Source of the DNA: the human T2T-CHM13v2.0 reference genome, Homo sapiens
Strand: one strand, 5' to 3'
Assembly: GCF_009914755.1 (NCBI RefSeq)
Contig: NC_060937.1
Length of the DNA stretch: 64,000 nucleotides
The position numbers and the translations under genes were made by a program. The notes below the pieces were generated by a model. That model was not told where the DNA came from and made no database searches. It saw nothing but the letters and a program-made list of their open reading frames with translations. Shown in pieces: positions 11,776 to 26,495 of the stretch (position 1 is the first letter of the stretch; each line of letters opens with the position of its first letter).

Positions 11776-14700
11776 ATAATCTAAACCCCAGTAGGGCAGA
11801 AAAAATGGACAGGCTGAGCCAGGGGAGCTGCCCTCACCCCATCTGTCCCCTGCCCTGGGGAACCCTCTGGTCAATACTGCTAATAGGAACTGAAAATTAA
11901 AATGGTGCTGATGGATTTTCTTTAATATGCACAGACGCATCTCAGAGTATTTCTGGAAAAGCAGTGACCGAGCCTGTAGAGGTCATGAGGCACCTGGGCC
12001 AAGCCCCGAGATGCTCCCAGAAACAGCACTTGAGTCGTGCACTTGAAATTCAAAGCGCTGTCCACCTTTGACAGAGCAAGCTCCTCTTGTCCGGCCACGT
12101 ACAGTCCCTGAGCCACAGAAGAGGCCCCCAGAAGCCTCCTCCAGCAGACAGGAATGAGGAGGCCCTGCCCGTGGGGAGGGTGCATGGCGGCCTGCAGCCT
12201 GAGGAACACACGTGACATGGAACAGCAAGGATTTTCCACCACGGGGTTGCTCCATCTGTGCAGGGTCCCAAGGGTGCCGAGAACACTGAAGACTTCAAGG
12301 GCCTGGCATCAAACACTGCTCTGGGGGGTAAACAGACACCTGCTGAGAGCAAAGGGAGGGCCCCCTAGAGAGCAAGAAGACTCAGCCCTCCAGTGCTGGC
12401 TGGAACGTGGAGCCGCGAGGCCACTCATCAAGGAACGGAGCAGCGTCTGGAAGTGGGAATGGCCGTGAGACGACAATAGCAAGAACACAGACTTTTGTCC
12501 TGCAACCTCAAAGAACTCAGTCCTGGTCATGGCACTTGTCACCAGTGGGATCTGGTCTTATTTTTACAGGAAATAAACACAGTCTATGAGAATTTTAGCA
12601 GGTCCATGGCCTTTCACCCAGCATCCCTCGGCCTGCTTCTCCTGTGTATGAGAACATTCTCTTAATCAGCACCACACCATCAGCACGTTCAGGAGGCTTA
12701 CAGGACCCTGTTCTGCCATCTCTCACGGTGCGGTGTTGGTCAAGAAAGTGTTCCTGGAGCAAAGCATGCTAGGCTGGCCCCCCGACTGGTGGCTTTCTCT
12801 GCGACAGGGGCTGTCTTCATTCTCCTGCATCTTTCGGGCTGGGTGGTTGGTCCAGCATCCATTCATTTCCCCGGTTTCAAGTTCTTTCCTGTGTTGAGAG
12901 GGAGAATCCAGGAAGGACCCCCAGGCCCCGTCCCCTGGATGGCTCCAGTGAGGTTGGCAATGGGAGAAGCCAGGTGAAATTTGAAAGGTGAGGGGGACCC
13001 AGGACCTTTCCACCAGCTCATGGCTTCTCTAGCTTTCCCACCCATTCCCCTGTCACCACTACAGATGGGTTCGAGATTGGTGGCAGTTTCCTGGGCAACC
13101 CCTGAGGATCCCTGCCACAGTGATTCAGGCTGGGCCCATCCTGGCTTTCTTTCCAGCCCTTCCCACCTCACCTCTCTGCACTGGACCCTCTGCTCTACTG
13201 CTTGGAGCGCTCCATTTCCCAGCCCCACCCAAACCCATCCATGCTTGAATTCTTTTCATTTTTTTGTTGTTCTTCTTTCTTTTTTCTTTTTCTTTTGTTT
13301 GGAGGTAGAAACAGAAGGATACCTCTTCTCCCTAAGCGCCTTTATCTCCATGCTCCTCTGCTCTCCCTGTGGTTCCTAGGCCACGCCACTGCATAAGGTT
13401 GCCACTCTGATGTTTCCCGAAGCTTGAGGCTCCCTTTCCCGGCTGGGCTTCCAGTTCCCCAGGAAGCTCGCTCCCTACCCACAGCTCCCCTGCACGTCCT
13501 GGGTGGCCCTGATGTCCCCGCTCAAACACCCATGGAGATGAAGTGTTCCAGCTCTAGCGAGAGCTCCAGGTCCACACCTTGGCCGGAGAGGACCGGAGCC
13601 TCCTCTCATCCCCCAACCAAGTAGGCGCCTTTCTCTTCCCAGGCCCACCAAGCCCCCACCAAGCCCCCTCCAGCCAGCCCTGCATTGGCCACTCCCGCTG
13701 CCGGCACCAAGCTGGCCAGGCTCTGAGAGCCGGCCCTGCTGCCCTGGGTCCTGGGTCCACCCCTGCAGAGCAAGCCCACCCATCCAGTCCCCGCCGCACC
13801 ACCAGGCACAGCCCTCCACAGCCCTCAGCAGTACAATCTGAAATCTTCGGGACTTGTTCTTCCTGGCTGTTTGCCTCTCTCCCCGCGGGGAGGCGCCTCT
13901 GAGTCCCCAGGCCCTGACTCTCACTCACAGTGCTCAGTGATTATTTGTTGAATGAATAAATGTCCTTGACACCCCGTCCAGCAGTCTCCCCTGCTTGCTT
14001 CTGAGCTGGTTTCTCTCTTTCACGCCTGTCCTGCCTGACTCCACTGGCTCGCTTTCCCACCCTATTCTGCGACCCTAGCATCTTTTGTTTTCTTGTATTT
14101 CTTCTTAGGTTTTGTTTTCCTTCATGATCTGTGTTCTTTGTCCTAGTGTTTTATTATGGGATAGTTCCAACATTCAGGACAAATTACATAGGGTAATATG
14201 AACCCACCACCTGGACTGGACAAATATTAGCATTCTGCCATATTCGCTTTAGGTAATCATTTTTAGAAGTGAAACATTATGAATAGACCCCTGGTATATC
14301 ATTCACCAATCCCATTTTCCTCTCTCCTCGACAGCCTTCTCAATCATGTTTGATATCTTTACCACAATCTATCCTGTTGTTTAATAAAGATATGTTGTAA
14401 TACTTTACACAAGTGGTATCCCACGGTGCATATCATGTGTGCCCTTTGTTTCTTTTTTTAACTCAACATTACATTTTCAGGCTGGTCTGCATCTGTGCAG
14501 GACCAACTGTTGCAGATGCCCCTGTCTTACTAATTTCTGTGAGTTCTTTACACACGCTGGATGATGAACACTGGTCTGTCATGTGTAAGCAGACCAACTA
14601 CTGGATAGTACTTTGTACACATATGCCATGGATGTATATAGCCTGTGTTCACTCGCCAGCCCTCATTGTTCTGATGGGTCACTGTCATAAGGGGGGCAGC

Positions 14701-15464
14701 CGACACATTCCTGGGGAGACCTTCTTGTGCAAATATGCAAAAAGGTCTCCAGTCTAGAGAGAGGGACTTGCCAGGTGGAGGAACATGCCTGGTTCCAGCT
14801 TCACTAGGAGTAGCTAAATGGCTCTCCAAAGGGTGGAGCCAACGAACCTTCCCTTTAGCATGGGCCTAGCGCTCCCTTGCCCACTGCCAGCTTTGTTACT
14901 CTTAGATCCTTAATCTCTGTTAATCTGATGACTGTAAAGCAAAAGGTTACTTTAATTTGCATTTTCCTGGCAACTGGGGAGAGGCTGCATCTTTTCAGGT
15001 CATTGTGTGTCTTGTTTCCTCTTCTGATAATTGCGAGTTTGTATCATTTGCCTGGTTTTCACTAAGTTCGTTATACAGTAAACATGCATATGTAAACGTA
15101 TATATCTTTACTAAAACAACAGGATACTTTGTGGTAAAGATATCAAACGTGATTGATAAGGCTGTCAAGGAGAGAAGATAGTGGGATTGGTAAATGACAT
15201 ACCAGGTCTCAACTCTATTCATAAATGTTTCACTTCTATTTGTCTTATTGACTTGTGTGGGCTCTTTATATGAAATGGATAACCATCATCTCTCTGTTAT
15301 GTTTATAGCAAATATTTCCTCCTGAGTGTGGCTGGTCTTTTGACTTTCAGCTTTGTTTGTGGCACCTTTTGTTGTATAGAAGCTATTAATCATAACAGTC
15401 AGCTTTATCAAACTTCAATTTTATGTGGTTTATGTTTGTCTGTCTTGCTGAAGAAACTTTTATG

Positions 15465-15773
15465 GGCCAGGTGCAGTGGCTCACGCCTGTAATTCCAGCA
15501 CTTTGGGATGCCAAGGCAGGTGGATCACTTGAAGTCAGGAGTTCAAGACCAGCCTGGCCAACATGGTGAAACCCATCTCTACTAAAAATACAAAAATTAG
15601 CCCGCTGTGGTGGCGTGTGCCTGTAATCCCAGCTACTCAGGATGTTGAGGCTGGAGAATCGCTTGAACCTGGTAAGTGAAGGTTGCAGTGAGCCACTGCA
15701 CTCCAGTCTGGGCAACAGAGTGAGACTCCATCTCAAAAACAAAAACAAAAAAAAAAAAAAAGAAAGAAAGAAA
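15465..15773 (+). mobile_element. AluS element
   Basis: Full dimer from GGCCAGGTGCAGTGGCTCACGCCTGTAAT to an A-rich tail, with an imperfect TSD AAGAAACTTTT/AAGGAACTTTT. Confidence 0.95.
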
Positions 15774-16101
15774 AAGGAACTTTTCTGTACTTTGACATCA
15801 TAAAGCTATTTCACTATAGTTTATTCCAAATGTTTTAAAGTTTTGCATTTCATAAGTAGGACTTTAACCCATCTGAACTTTATTCCTGGTGCAGTGTTAG
15901 ATAATAATATGAATATTTTACCTTTCTGTCAGTGACATTTGACCAACAAACCCTTGTTCCTGTTGATGTATGGATTCCTGTGGTGCGTACCGAGTTTCCA
16001 CTCTGTGCAGGTCTGCTTTTGCTTTTCTGTTCTGGTCTGCTGATCTGTTTATTCTTGAATAGTCTTTATCAAAACTCTAGAGGAAATCTCTTGCTATTTG
16101 G

Positions 16102-17064
16102 TGTAGGGTCCAGCCCTACAGGGCTTAGCAGGTGTTCTCCCCGTGTGCGGAGATGAGAGATTGTAATAAATAAAGACACAGGACAAAGAGATAAAGAGAA
16201 AACAGCTGGGCCCGGGGCACAACTACCATCAAGATGCGGAGACCGGTAGTGGCCCCGAACGGCTGGGCATGCTGATATTTATTGCATACAAGACAAGGGA
16301 GGCAGGGTAAGGAGGGTGAATCTTCTAAGTGGTTGATAAGGTGAAGCAAGTCACATGATCATAGGACAGGGGGCCCTTCCCTTTTAGGTAGCTGAAGCAG
16401 AGAAAGAAGGCAGCATACGTCAGCGTTTTCTTCTATGCACTTATAGGAAAGATCAAAGACTTTAAGACTTTCTCTATTTCTTCTACCGCTATCTACTATG
16501 AACTTCAAAGAGGAACCAGGAGTACGGGAGGAACATGAAAGAGGACAAGGAGCGTGACCACTGAAGCACAGCACCACAGAGAGGGGTTTAGGCCTCCAGA
16601 TGACTACACGCAGGCCTGGATAATATCCATCCTTCCACAAGAAGCTGGTGGAGCAGAGTGTTCCCTGACTCCTCCAAGGAAAGGAGACTCCCTTTCGCAG
16701 TCTGCTAAATAGTGGGTGTCTTCCCAGATACTGGCATTACCATTTGACCAAGGAGCCCTCAAGTGGCCCTTATGTGGTTGTGACAGAGGGCTCACCTCTT
16801 GCCTTCTAGGTCACGTCTCACAATGTCCCTTCAGCATCTGACCCTATACCCGCCAGTTATTCCTAGGTTATATTAGTAATGCAACAAAGAGTAATATTAA
16901 AAGCTAATGATTAATAATGTTTATAATAATGATTGATAATTGTCTATGAACATCTCTATATCTAATTTGTATTATGACTATTCGTATTCTATTTTCTTTA
17001 TTATACTGAAACAGTTTGTGCCTTCAGTCTCTTGCCTTGGCACGTAGGTAATCTTTTGCCCACA
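16102..17064 (-). mobile_element. LTR13A solo LTR (ERVK class)
   Basis: TG...CA termini. The reverse complement starts TGTGGGCAAAAGATTACCTACGTGCCAAGGCAAGAGACTGAAGGCACAAACTG. TTTGG flanks both ends (16097-16101 and 17065-17069). Confidence 0.88.
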
Positions 17065-19592
17065 TTTGGTAGAGAAAACATCTCTACCCTCTGCTTCTTC
17101 TTCAACCCTGTCTTCACCATCCTTGGTTCTTTACTATTCCATATGAAGGGATAATCCATCTTACCTGGTGCTATGAGAAAACACTGCTAGGATTTTAATG
17201 AAATTGCATTTAATTTATTGATTATTTTACAGGAGAGCTGAACATTTGAAACTGAGATTTTGCATTCATGATGTAGCCTTCCAATTAGTTAAATCTTCAT
17301 CTATAGCCCTTAATAAAATTGTTTTAGTTTCTCATTTAAGATGTCCCACGTCTTTATTATACTGATTTCTAAATACCTTAGAGTTTTATTGTTATTGCGA
17401 AAGGTGTGTTTTTTCTATTACATTCTCCAATTGGTGTTGACTATTGCATAGCCGTGCTGTGGATTTTTATATCTTCTTATATTAAACCTCATTAGCTCTC
17501 ATTGTAAAGTCTTAAAAATTTTTGTGTGTAGAAAGTTATATTGTCTACCCAAAAAATGTGAAAATTTATGTCTCCTCCTTTCCAATCCTCACTCCTCTTT
17601 TTCCATCTCGTCTTGCAACGTTGGCTGGATCATCAGACCATGCTGAGTGATGGCTATGAGAGAGTCAACTCCCTGCTTTCCACTTTAATGGGACTGCATC
17701 TGGAGTTTCATGGGAAGCTTGAGCTTTGATACAGGCTGGCTGTGGCTGCGTTTTATCAGGTTAAGGTCATCCTTGTAGCTCTTGTTATCTAAGAGCCTCT
17801 GCTGGGAAGGAGGGTAAAATAAACCCAGGCTACATCCTCTGAGATGATGGTAAGTTTCTCTCCTGAGACTTATTGATAAGGCTGAAAATAAGAGTGAGTT
17901 TCCTAGTGATACTTTATGCTTATGTTCCCAGGACAAAGCCTGGATCATCACAACTGAATCATAACTGATTCTGCAGCTGGTTCCCCATCCTCACCCCTGG
18001 TGTGACCAGGCAGGCTGGCCATGTGCTCTGCTGACCACTGGCTCTTGTTGATGATCCCCACCCCCACATATACACATAGCTCAATGGACAAAAATTTCTA
18101 GGAAGAGAGTGGAGCCGTTATCTAGGTATCTATTACCAAAGAGCCTCCCACAGAGGGGTAGTTCCATCAAAAGGAGTAACTGACCCAGGGAATAGGTGTA
18201 TGTATTTCTCTCCAGAGCAAAAAGGTTGATGTATACATATCTGTTCCACCAAATAGGCAATCTGGTGACTGTTGGGCTAAGCGTCCAGGGATCTGAGGGC
18301 CTCTCTGGGTTCTCCAAGTGCACTCCTCCCCCAGTGCCAGGATTCAGGGCCTGCCTCCTGAGTGGCTCTCATCCACTCTGTCTCTAGGACAATGCACCCA
18401 CAGCACCATCGGCCCAGCACAGCACCCCCTGCATTCCTTGCTGCCCTCCAATCGCTTGGGTGTCCCATATGATGAGTGCAGCCTAGCAGTGGGGTGGGCA
18501 GGGCCGTGACTGGGCTTCTCGCATCTCTTGTGTTATGTTTATTTCCTCTCCTCAATGCTTCCCACCCCAAAAGAAAAAGGAATGTTCCAGGGCAGAGGAT
18601 GTGAGTTGAATTCACACATTGAAGTTAGGGGTACTATTGACAGGGGCAGCGGCTGGACACAGCCGTGGGTCAACAGCGCTTAAAAAGGATTTGAGAGTCG
18701 TGAGGCTCAGGATGGCATCTGAGGCCACAGGAGCATATCTCACTCACTCACACGCCTGCCACGGGGCTGAGGGTGAGCTGATGAAGGAGGGAAGAAAGGA
18801 AGGAAGAACTGGCAGATAAGTTGGTTTTAAAATGACTTACAATGTTGTGATTCAGTGGTTATTCCCTGAGCCTCCCCTCACCTGCTCTTGACCCCGGACT
18901 TACCACGGAGGTGTCTGGACCATACTCCAGGGGGCGGCTCTGAGCATCCCTCGGTGTCTCCTTTAGCCATTCTCCTTACTCTGCTCCAGTGGTCCCTGAG
19001 CAGTCACTGCTGTGGGAGAGAAAAGCTATCCTTCTATGTCACTTCGATGCAAAATTTGTGACTCGCAAAATATTAACTGACTGATGTTTAGAGACACGTC
19101 ATCCTTGGCAGAATCAGAGGCACAACTTCCCTTGAAAAGCTCGAGGCAGGTGGCTTTGGCCACCTGGCCCTCCTAAAGACATCTGGTCTCTTTCTTTCAA
19201 GTCAAGGGCAGAGACTTGGGGCGTTTGGAGAGAGGTCTGATGTGACTTTCCACTTTAAATCGTGAAAGAGGGATGCTGGAAGCATGGCTTTATCACTCCC
19301 TTCTCAAATCAACCTACCCACCTCTTCTGAAATGAATGCTGGCTACTGGGTGGGCTGAGTCCTCCCTGCCCCAGACAGGTGGCAGTAGAAAGCGGTTGAG
19401 AGTGGCAGCAACTTGGAAGACTTACAAGGCTTACTCATAAATATGTAGATTGCCTAGTGAGGATGTAGATAATGTACATTGCCTATTGATAAAAGTATCA
19501 CTAGGCAATCTATTTAGAAATACACATGCATATGTATAAATACTACTTTATATATAATGTATATATACATATATGCACATATATATCAGTAA

Positions 19593-19868
<276 letters not shown>

Positions 19869-19869
19869 A

Positions 19870-20143
19870 TTTTGCATTGCATGTGCTTTATTTTGTTGCT
19901 CAGATTATTCCAGCTCTGGCTATTGGGAGTTCTTTCAGTAGTTCCTGTGTCCCTCCGGCATAATCTCATTCTTGTGGGGTTTTTAAACACTTCTTTACTT
20001 CCTGGCACTACACGATGCTCTAGGCTTCTTTTGTATAATTCCTACCCCAGCCCTATCTAAGGATTTCTGATTCCTTTTATTGGAGAAAAGCATTAGAAAC
20101 CAAGATGTGGGCACTGGGTGTGCTTATTGTGACTAGAGTGTCA
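19870..20143 (-). mobile_element. L1MC-type 3' UTR fragment
   Basis: Resembles recalled L1MC 3'-end sequence (TTATTCCAGCTCTGGCTATTGGGAG...AGAAACCAAGATGTGGGCACTGGGTGTGC). Confidence 0.55.
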
Positions 20144-20559
20144 ACGGAAATTCTGGAGATTAAAAGTATAATAATTAAAGTAGAAAATTTACTAGAGAGG
20201 TTTCATGGTAGATTTGAATTGGCAGAAGAGATAATGAACAAATTAAATGATAAATACAGAGTATTCAATTTGGAGAATAGATAGAAAAAAACTAACACAG
20301 CTTCAGTGAAATGTGGAATACCACTAAGCACCCCAACCTACATGTATTGAGAGTGCCAGAAGGGAGGAGAAATAGAAGAAGGCAGGAAAAGTGCTCAAAG
20401 AAATAATGGCTAAAAACTTTCCAAATCTGATGAAAAATACTAGCCTCACATCCAGGAAGCTCAATACTGCAAGTGGGATAAAAACAAAGAGAAACACACC
20501 CAAACACATCATAATCAAAACGTGAAAGACAAACACAAACAGAAAAGTTTGAAAGCAGT

Positions 20560-21866
20560 TGATGACAGAAAAATCCAAATTTTGCCAAAATATATTTAAA
20601 GAGGTTTATTCTGGGCTAATTTGTGTGACTATGGTCCAGGTTACACAATCTCAAGAGGTCCTGATAAAGTGTACCTGAGGAGGTTGGGTTATAGTTTGGT
20701 TTTATGTTGGGAACAGGCCCCCAGATCTGGCCATAAACAAAATCTCTGCAGCACTGTGACATGTTCGTGATGGCCATGATGCCCACACTGAAGGTTGTGG
20801 GTTTACTGGAACGAGGGCAAGGAACACCTGGCCCACCCAGGGCGGCGTTCCTAAACCACAAACAATAGGATGAGCGATCTGTGCCTTAAGGGCATGTTCC
20901 TGCTGCAGATAACTAGCCAGAGCCCATCCCTTTGTTTCGGCCCATTCCTTTGTTTCCCATTTTAGTTAATCTATAATCTCTAGAAACAATGCTTATCACT
21001 GGCGTTCTGTCAATAAATATGTGGGTAAAACTCTGTTCATGGCTCTCAGCTCAGAAGGCTGTCAGCCCCCGATTTCCCACTTCACACTTTATATTTCTGT
21101 GTGTGTGTCTTTAATTCCTCTAGTACCACTGGGTTAGGTTCTCCATGACTGAGCTGGCCTTGGCAGTTTTACAGATTTCAGGGAGACAGGAATTGCAGGT
21201 AAAATAATAAATTGATATGAGAAGGGTGCACATTGGTTTGGCCAGAACAGGTGGGACATCTCAAAGCGGGGGCTTACAAGTCATAGGTGGGTTTAGGGGA
21301 TTCTTCAGTTGCCAGTTGGTTGAGACAGTTAAGCTATCGTCTAAGGACTTGAAATCAGTGGAAAGGAATGCCTGAGTTAAGATTAGGAAGTTTTGGAGGC
21401 TGAGGTTATTATGTAGATGAAGCCTCATGGGTGGCAGCTCTCAGAGATATAATAGTTGGTGAATGACTCTTTTCAGACTTTAAAGGTGTCAGGCTCACAG
21501 TTAATCTCTCCTAGAGCTGAGAAAGCCTGGAAGGGAAAATACCTGGTTATATTCATGGAGATTCTCTGTAGCTGCAAATTTTCCCCATAAAAGATGGTTT
21601 TGCAGGGCCATTTTAATCTGTTGGCACTATGGCAGCCATTTCAAAGTATGTTAAAGAAATATATTTTGTGGTAAAATATTTTTATTAGTATTTCCTTTAG
21701 AGTCTGCTATCTGTCATGTGATAGTATACCAAAGTCAAGTGGAAAGCAAGCCACATTTAATAAAAACCTGTCTGGTGAGATTTTTATGGTTTGTAGAGCA
21801 GGACTCCCCAGTCCCCTTTAGATAGGAATTTGGGCAAGAGAAAAAAAGGTCCCTATTTAGTCCTCA
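20560..21866 (-). mobile_element. MER4E-type LTR (ERV1) inserted in L1 ORF1 and split by MER9
   Basis: The reverse complement starts TGAGGACTAAAT...TTTTTTTCTCTTGCCCAAATTCCTATCTAA. The 4-bp TSD is CAGT/CAGC (20556-20559, 21867-21870). Removing the LTR restores L1 GAAAGCAGCAAGAGAAAA. Confidence 0.8.
20705..21165 (+). mobile_element. MER9a solo LTR (HERV-K9/HML-3)
   Basis: Runs TGTTGGGAACAGGCCCCCAGATCTGGCCATAAAC...GAGCTGGCCTTGGCA, with a perfect 6-bp TSD GTTTTA (20699-20704, 21166-21171). Confidence 0.9.
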
Positions 21867-22665
21867 CAGCAAGAGAAAAAAACAAAAAACAATTCATGCG
21901 AAGGGACACCAATAAGATTAACAACTAACTTCATTAGAAATAATAGAAGCCAGATGGCAGTGGAATGAAATAGTGTTGAAAGACAAAACACGGTCAACCA
22001 AATATCTTATTTCCAGCAAAACCATCTTGAAATATAAAGGTGAAATAAAGACATTCCCAGATAAAAACTGAGATAATTTATTGCTAGCAAATCTGCCTTA
22101 CAAGAAATACTAAAGGAAGTTCTTCAGACTGAAAACAAGCAACACAAGACAGTAATTCAAATCCACACAAATAAACAAAAGTGTCAGTAGACTGCATAAT
22201 TGCATACCTTCGCTTTATTTTCTTGCCTTACTTAAAAAGTAATTACATAAAACAATATATGTAATATAAAAGTGTATTGTTGGGCCTCAAAATGGCCTCA
22301 AAAAATGGGGAGAGAATGGAGGAATATAAGGGTAAAGCTATATTTCTCTGGAAATGTCAGAATAAACTTGATATATTAAGATATATACTGTAAGCCCTAG
22401 GGAAACCACTTAAAAAACCCTCAAAATATAATATAAAATTTATTTAAGAAATTAGTGATGTCTAGTGTTACATTAGAAAATATCTACTTAATACAAAATA
22501 AAACAATAAAGGAGAAATCATGTAACAAAGATGATAAGAGACCTATAGAAAAAGGTAAAATGTCAAATGTCAATCTAACTATATTGATCATAACATTAAA
22601 TATGAAAGAATTAAACACTCCAATCAAAAGGCAGAGATTGTCAGGTTGAATTTTTAAGAGATTGA

Positions 22666-23982
<1,317 letters not shown>

Positions 23983-24144
23983 ATATCAAACTACATGTTG
24001 TTTACAAGAGACACATTTTATATGCAAAGATACAAATGGGTTGAAAGAAAGGGTGGAAAAGAATACACCATATAAACAACAATTATAAAAGACTTGGAGT
24101 GGCTTTCCTATGATCAGACAAAATAGGCTTTAAAACAAATGAGT

Positions 24145-24489
<345 letters not shown>

Positions 24490-26059
24490 TCAACTTATAA
24501 AGAAGATATAACAATTATAAATGTATATGCAACTAGCAAGACAGCCCAAAAACATTTGAGATAAAACTGACAGAACTAAAATGGGAAATAATTGATCATT
24601 CCAACAATAATAGTTAGGGACTTTAATACCCCACTTTCAATAATGAATAGAACAACTAAGGCAGAAGACCAATACGGAAAGAGAAGAATTGAACAACACT
24701 GTAAACAACTAGACCTAATAAACACCAGTGAATATGCCACCAACAACTGTAGAATATGCATTCTTCTCCTGTACACATGGAACATTTCTTGGAATAGACC
24801 AATAAACACAATTGTCTTGAGTTAGACATTTAAGCACACCCCAATAAACTTAAAATTATTTAAATGATACAAAATATTTTCTCCACTCACAATGAAATTA
24901 AATTAGAAATCAATAATAAAAGCAAATTTAAAATTCACAAATAGTGGGAAATAATACACTTCCAAATAACCAATGTGTCAAAGAGGAAATTTCAAGGGAT
25001 ATTGGAAAATTCATTTAGATGAATAAAAATGAAAACACAGCATACCAAAACTTATGAGATGCAAATAAGCAAATAAAGATGCTCAGAGAAAATTTATACC
25101 TCTACCTATATTTCAAAAGAAGAAAGATCTCCAATTAATTACCTAACCTTCCAATTTCAGAAAGTAGAAAAGCAAGAGTAAACTAAAACCAAAGCAAAGC
25201 AAAGGAAGGAAGTAATAAAGATTAGAATAGAAATAAAGGAAATAAAGAATATAACACAATAAAGTCAACAAAGTCTAAGGTTTTGTTCTTTTGAACACAG
25301 GTTTTGTTCTTTGAAAAGATGAACAAAAGTGACAAATCTTTAGCTATACTGGCCATGAAAAAAAGAGAGAAGACTCAAACCGCTAAAATCTATAAGATTA
25401 CTGATCTTACAGAAATAAAAAGGAGAATAAGGGAATGCTACAAACAACTGTCTGCCACCAAATTATATAATTTAGAAGAAATAGACAAATTCCTGGAAAG
25501 AGAAAACTACCACAACCGGTTCAAGATAAAAATAGAAAACCTTAATAGACTTATAACAAGTAAAGAGATTGAATTAGAATTAAAAACCAAATTGAAACAT
25601 AGAAAACCTCCCATTAAGAAAAGCCCAGGTCCTAGATTAACTGCCAAATTCTATCAAATGTTCTTAGAATTAGTATCAATCTATAAGTTCAGTATTAGCC
25701 TGATACGAAAACCTGACAAAGATATCATAAGAAAAACAAAAACAAAAAAACTCTGGTGAATTCTCTTCTGAATAGAGATGGGAAAATCCTTGAAAAAAAT
25801 ACCAGCAAACTAAATCCAGCAACATATAAAAAGGAGTATGTACCATGACCAAGTGGGATTTATCCCAGGAACACAAGGTTAATTTATCATTAAAAAATCA
25901 ATTAATGTAACACACCATATTAATAGACTAAGGGACAAAAATCATGTTATCATCTCAATGCAGCAAAAGTATTTAATAAGCAACATTTTTTGTGATAAAA
26001 AAATTCAACAAACTAGAAATAAAAGAGAACTTCCGCAATCTGATAAAAAGCATGTACAT

Positions 26060-26495
<436 letters not shown>

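Larger units (their letters stand above)
14140..17945 (-). mobile_element. Old LINE-1 (L1M/L1ME-type) remnants, interrupted by an Alu and LTR13A
   Basis: T-rich antisense L1 motifs, e.g. GTTACTTTAATTTGCATTTTCCTG, TTTATAGCAAATATTTCCTCC and GATTTTAATGAAATTGCATTTAATTTAT. Boundaries are approximate. Confidence 0.65.

Noticed and set aside
5000-13930. Many overlapping 60-205 aa ORFs in GC-rich DNA (also 32300-43180)
   Set aside because: No recognisable domains, overlapping on both strands, and composition is as expected by chance in GC-rich sequence. Small exons or lncRNA exons cannot be excluded by eye.
15386-15748. Alu-derived ORFs (also 24161-24471, 31029-31504, 43555-43925, 60918-61226)
   Set aside because: Standard translations of Alu sequence.
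25304-25759. 151-aa Lys-rich ORF
   Set aside because: Decayed L1 ORF2 fragment. The element has many stops and frameshifts and is not active.
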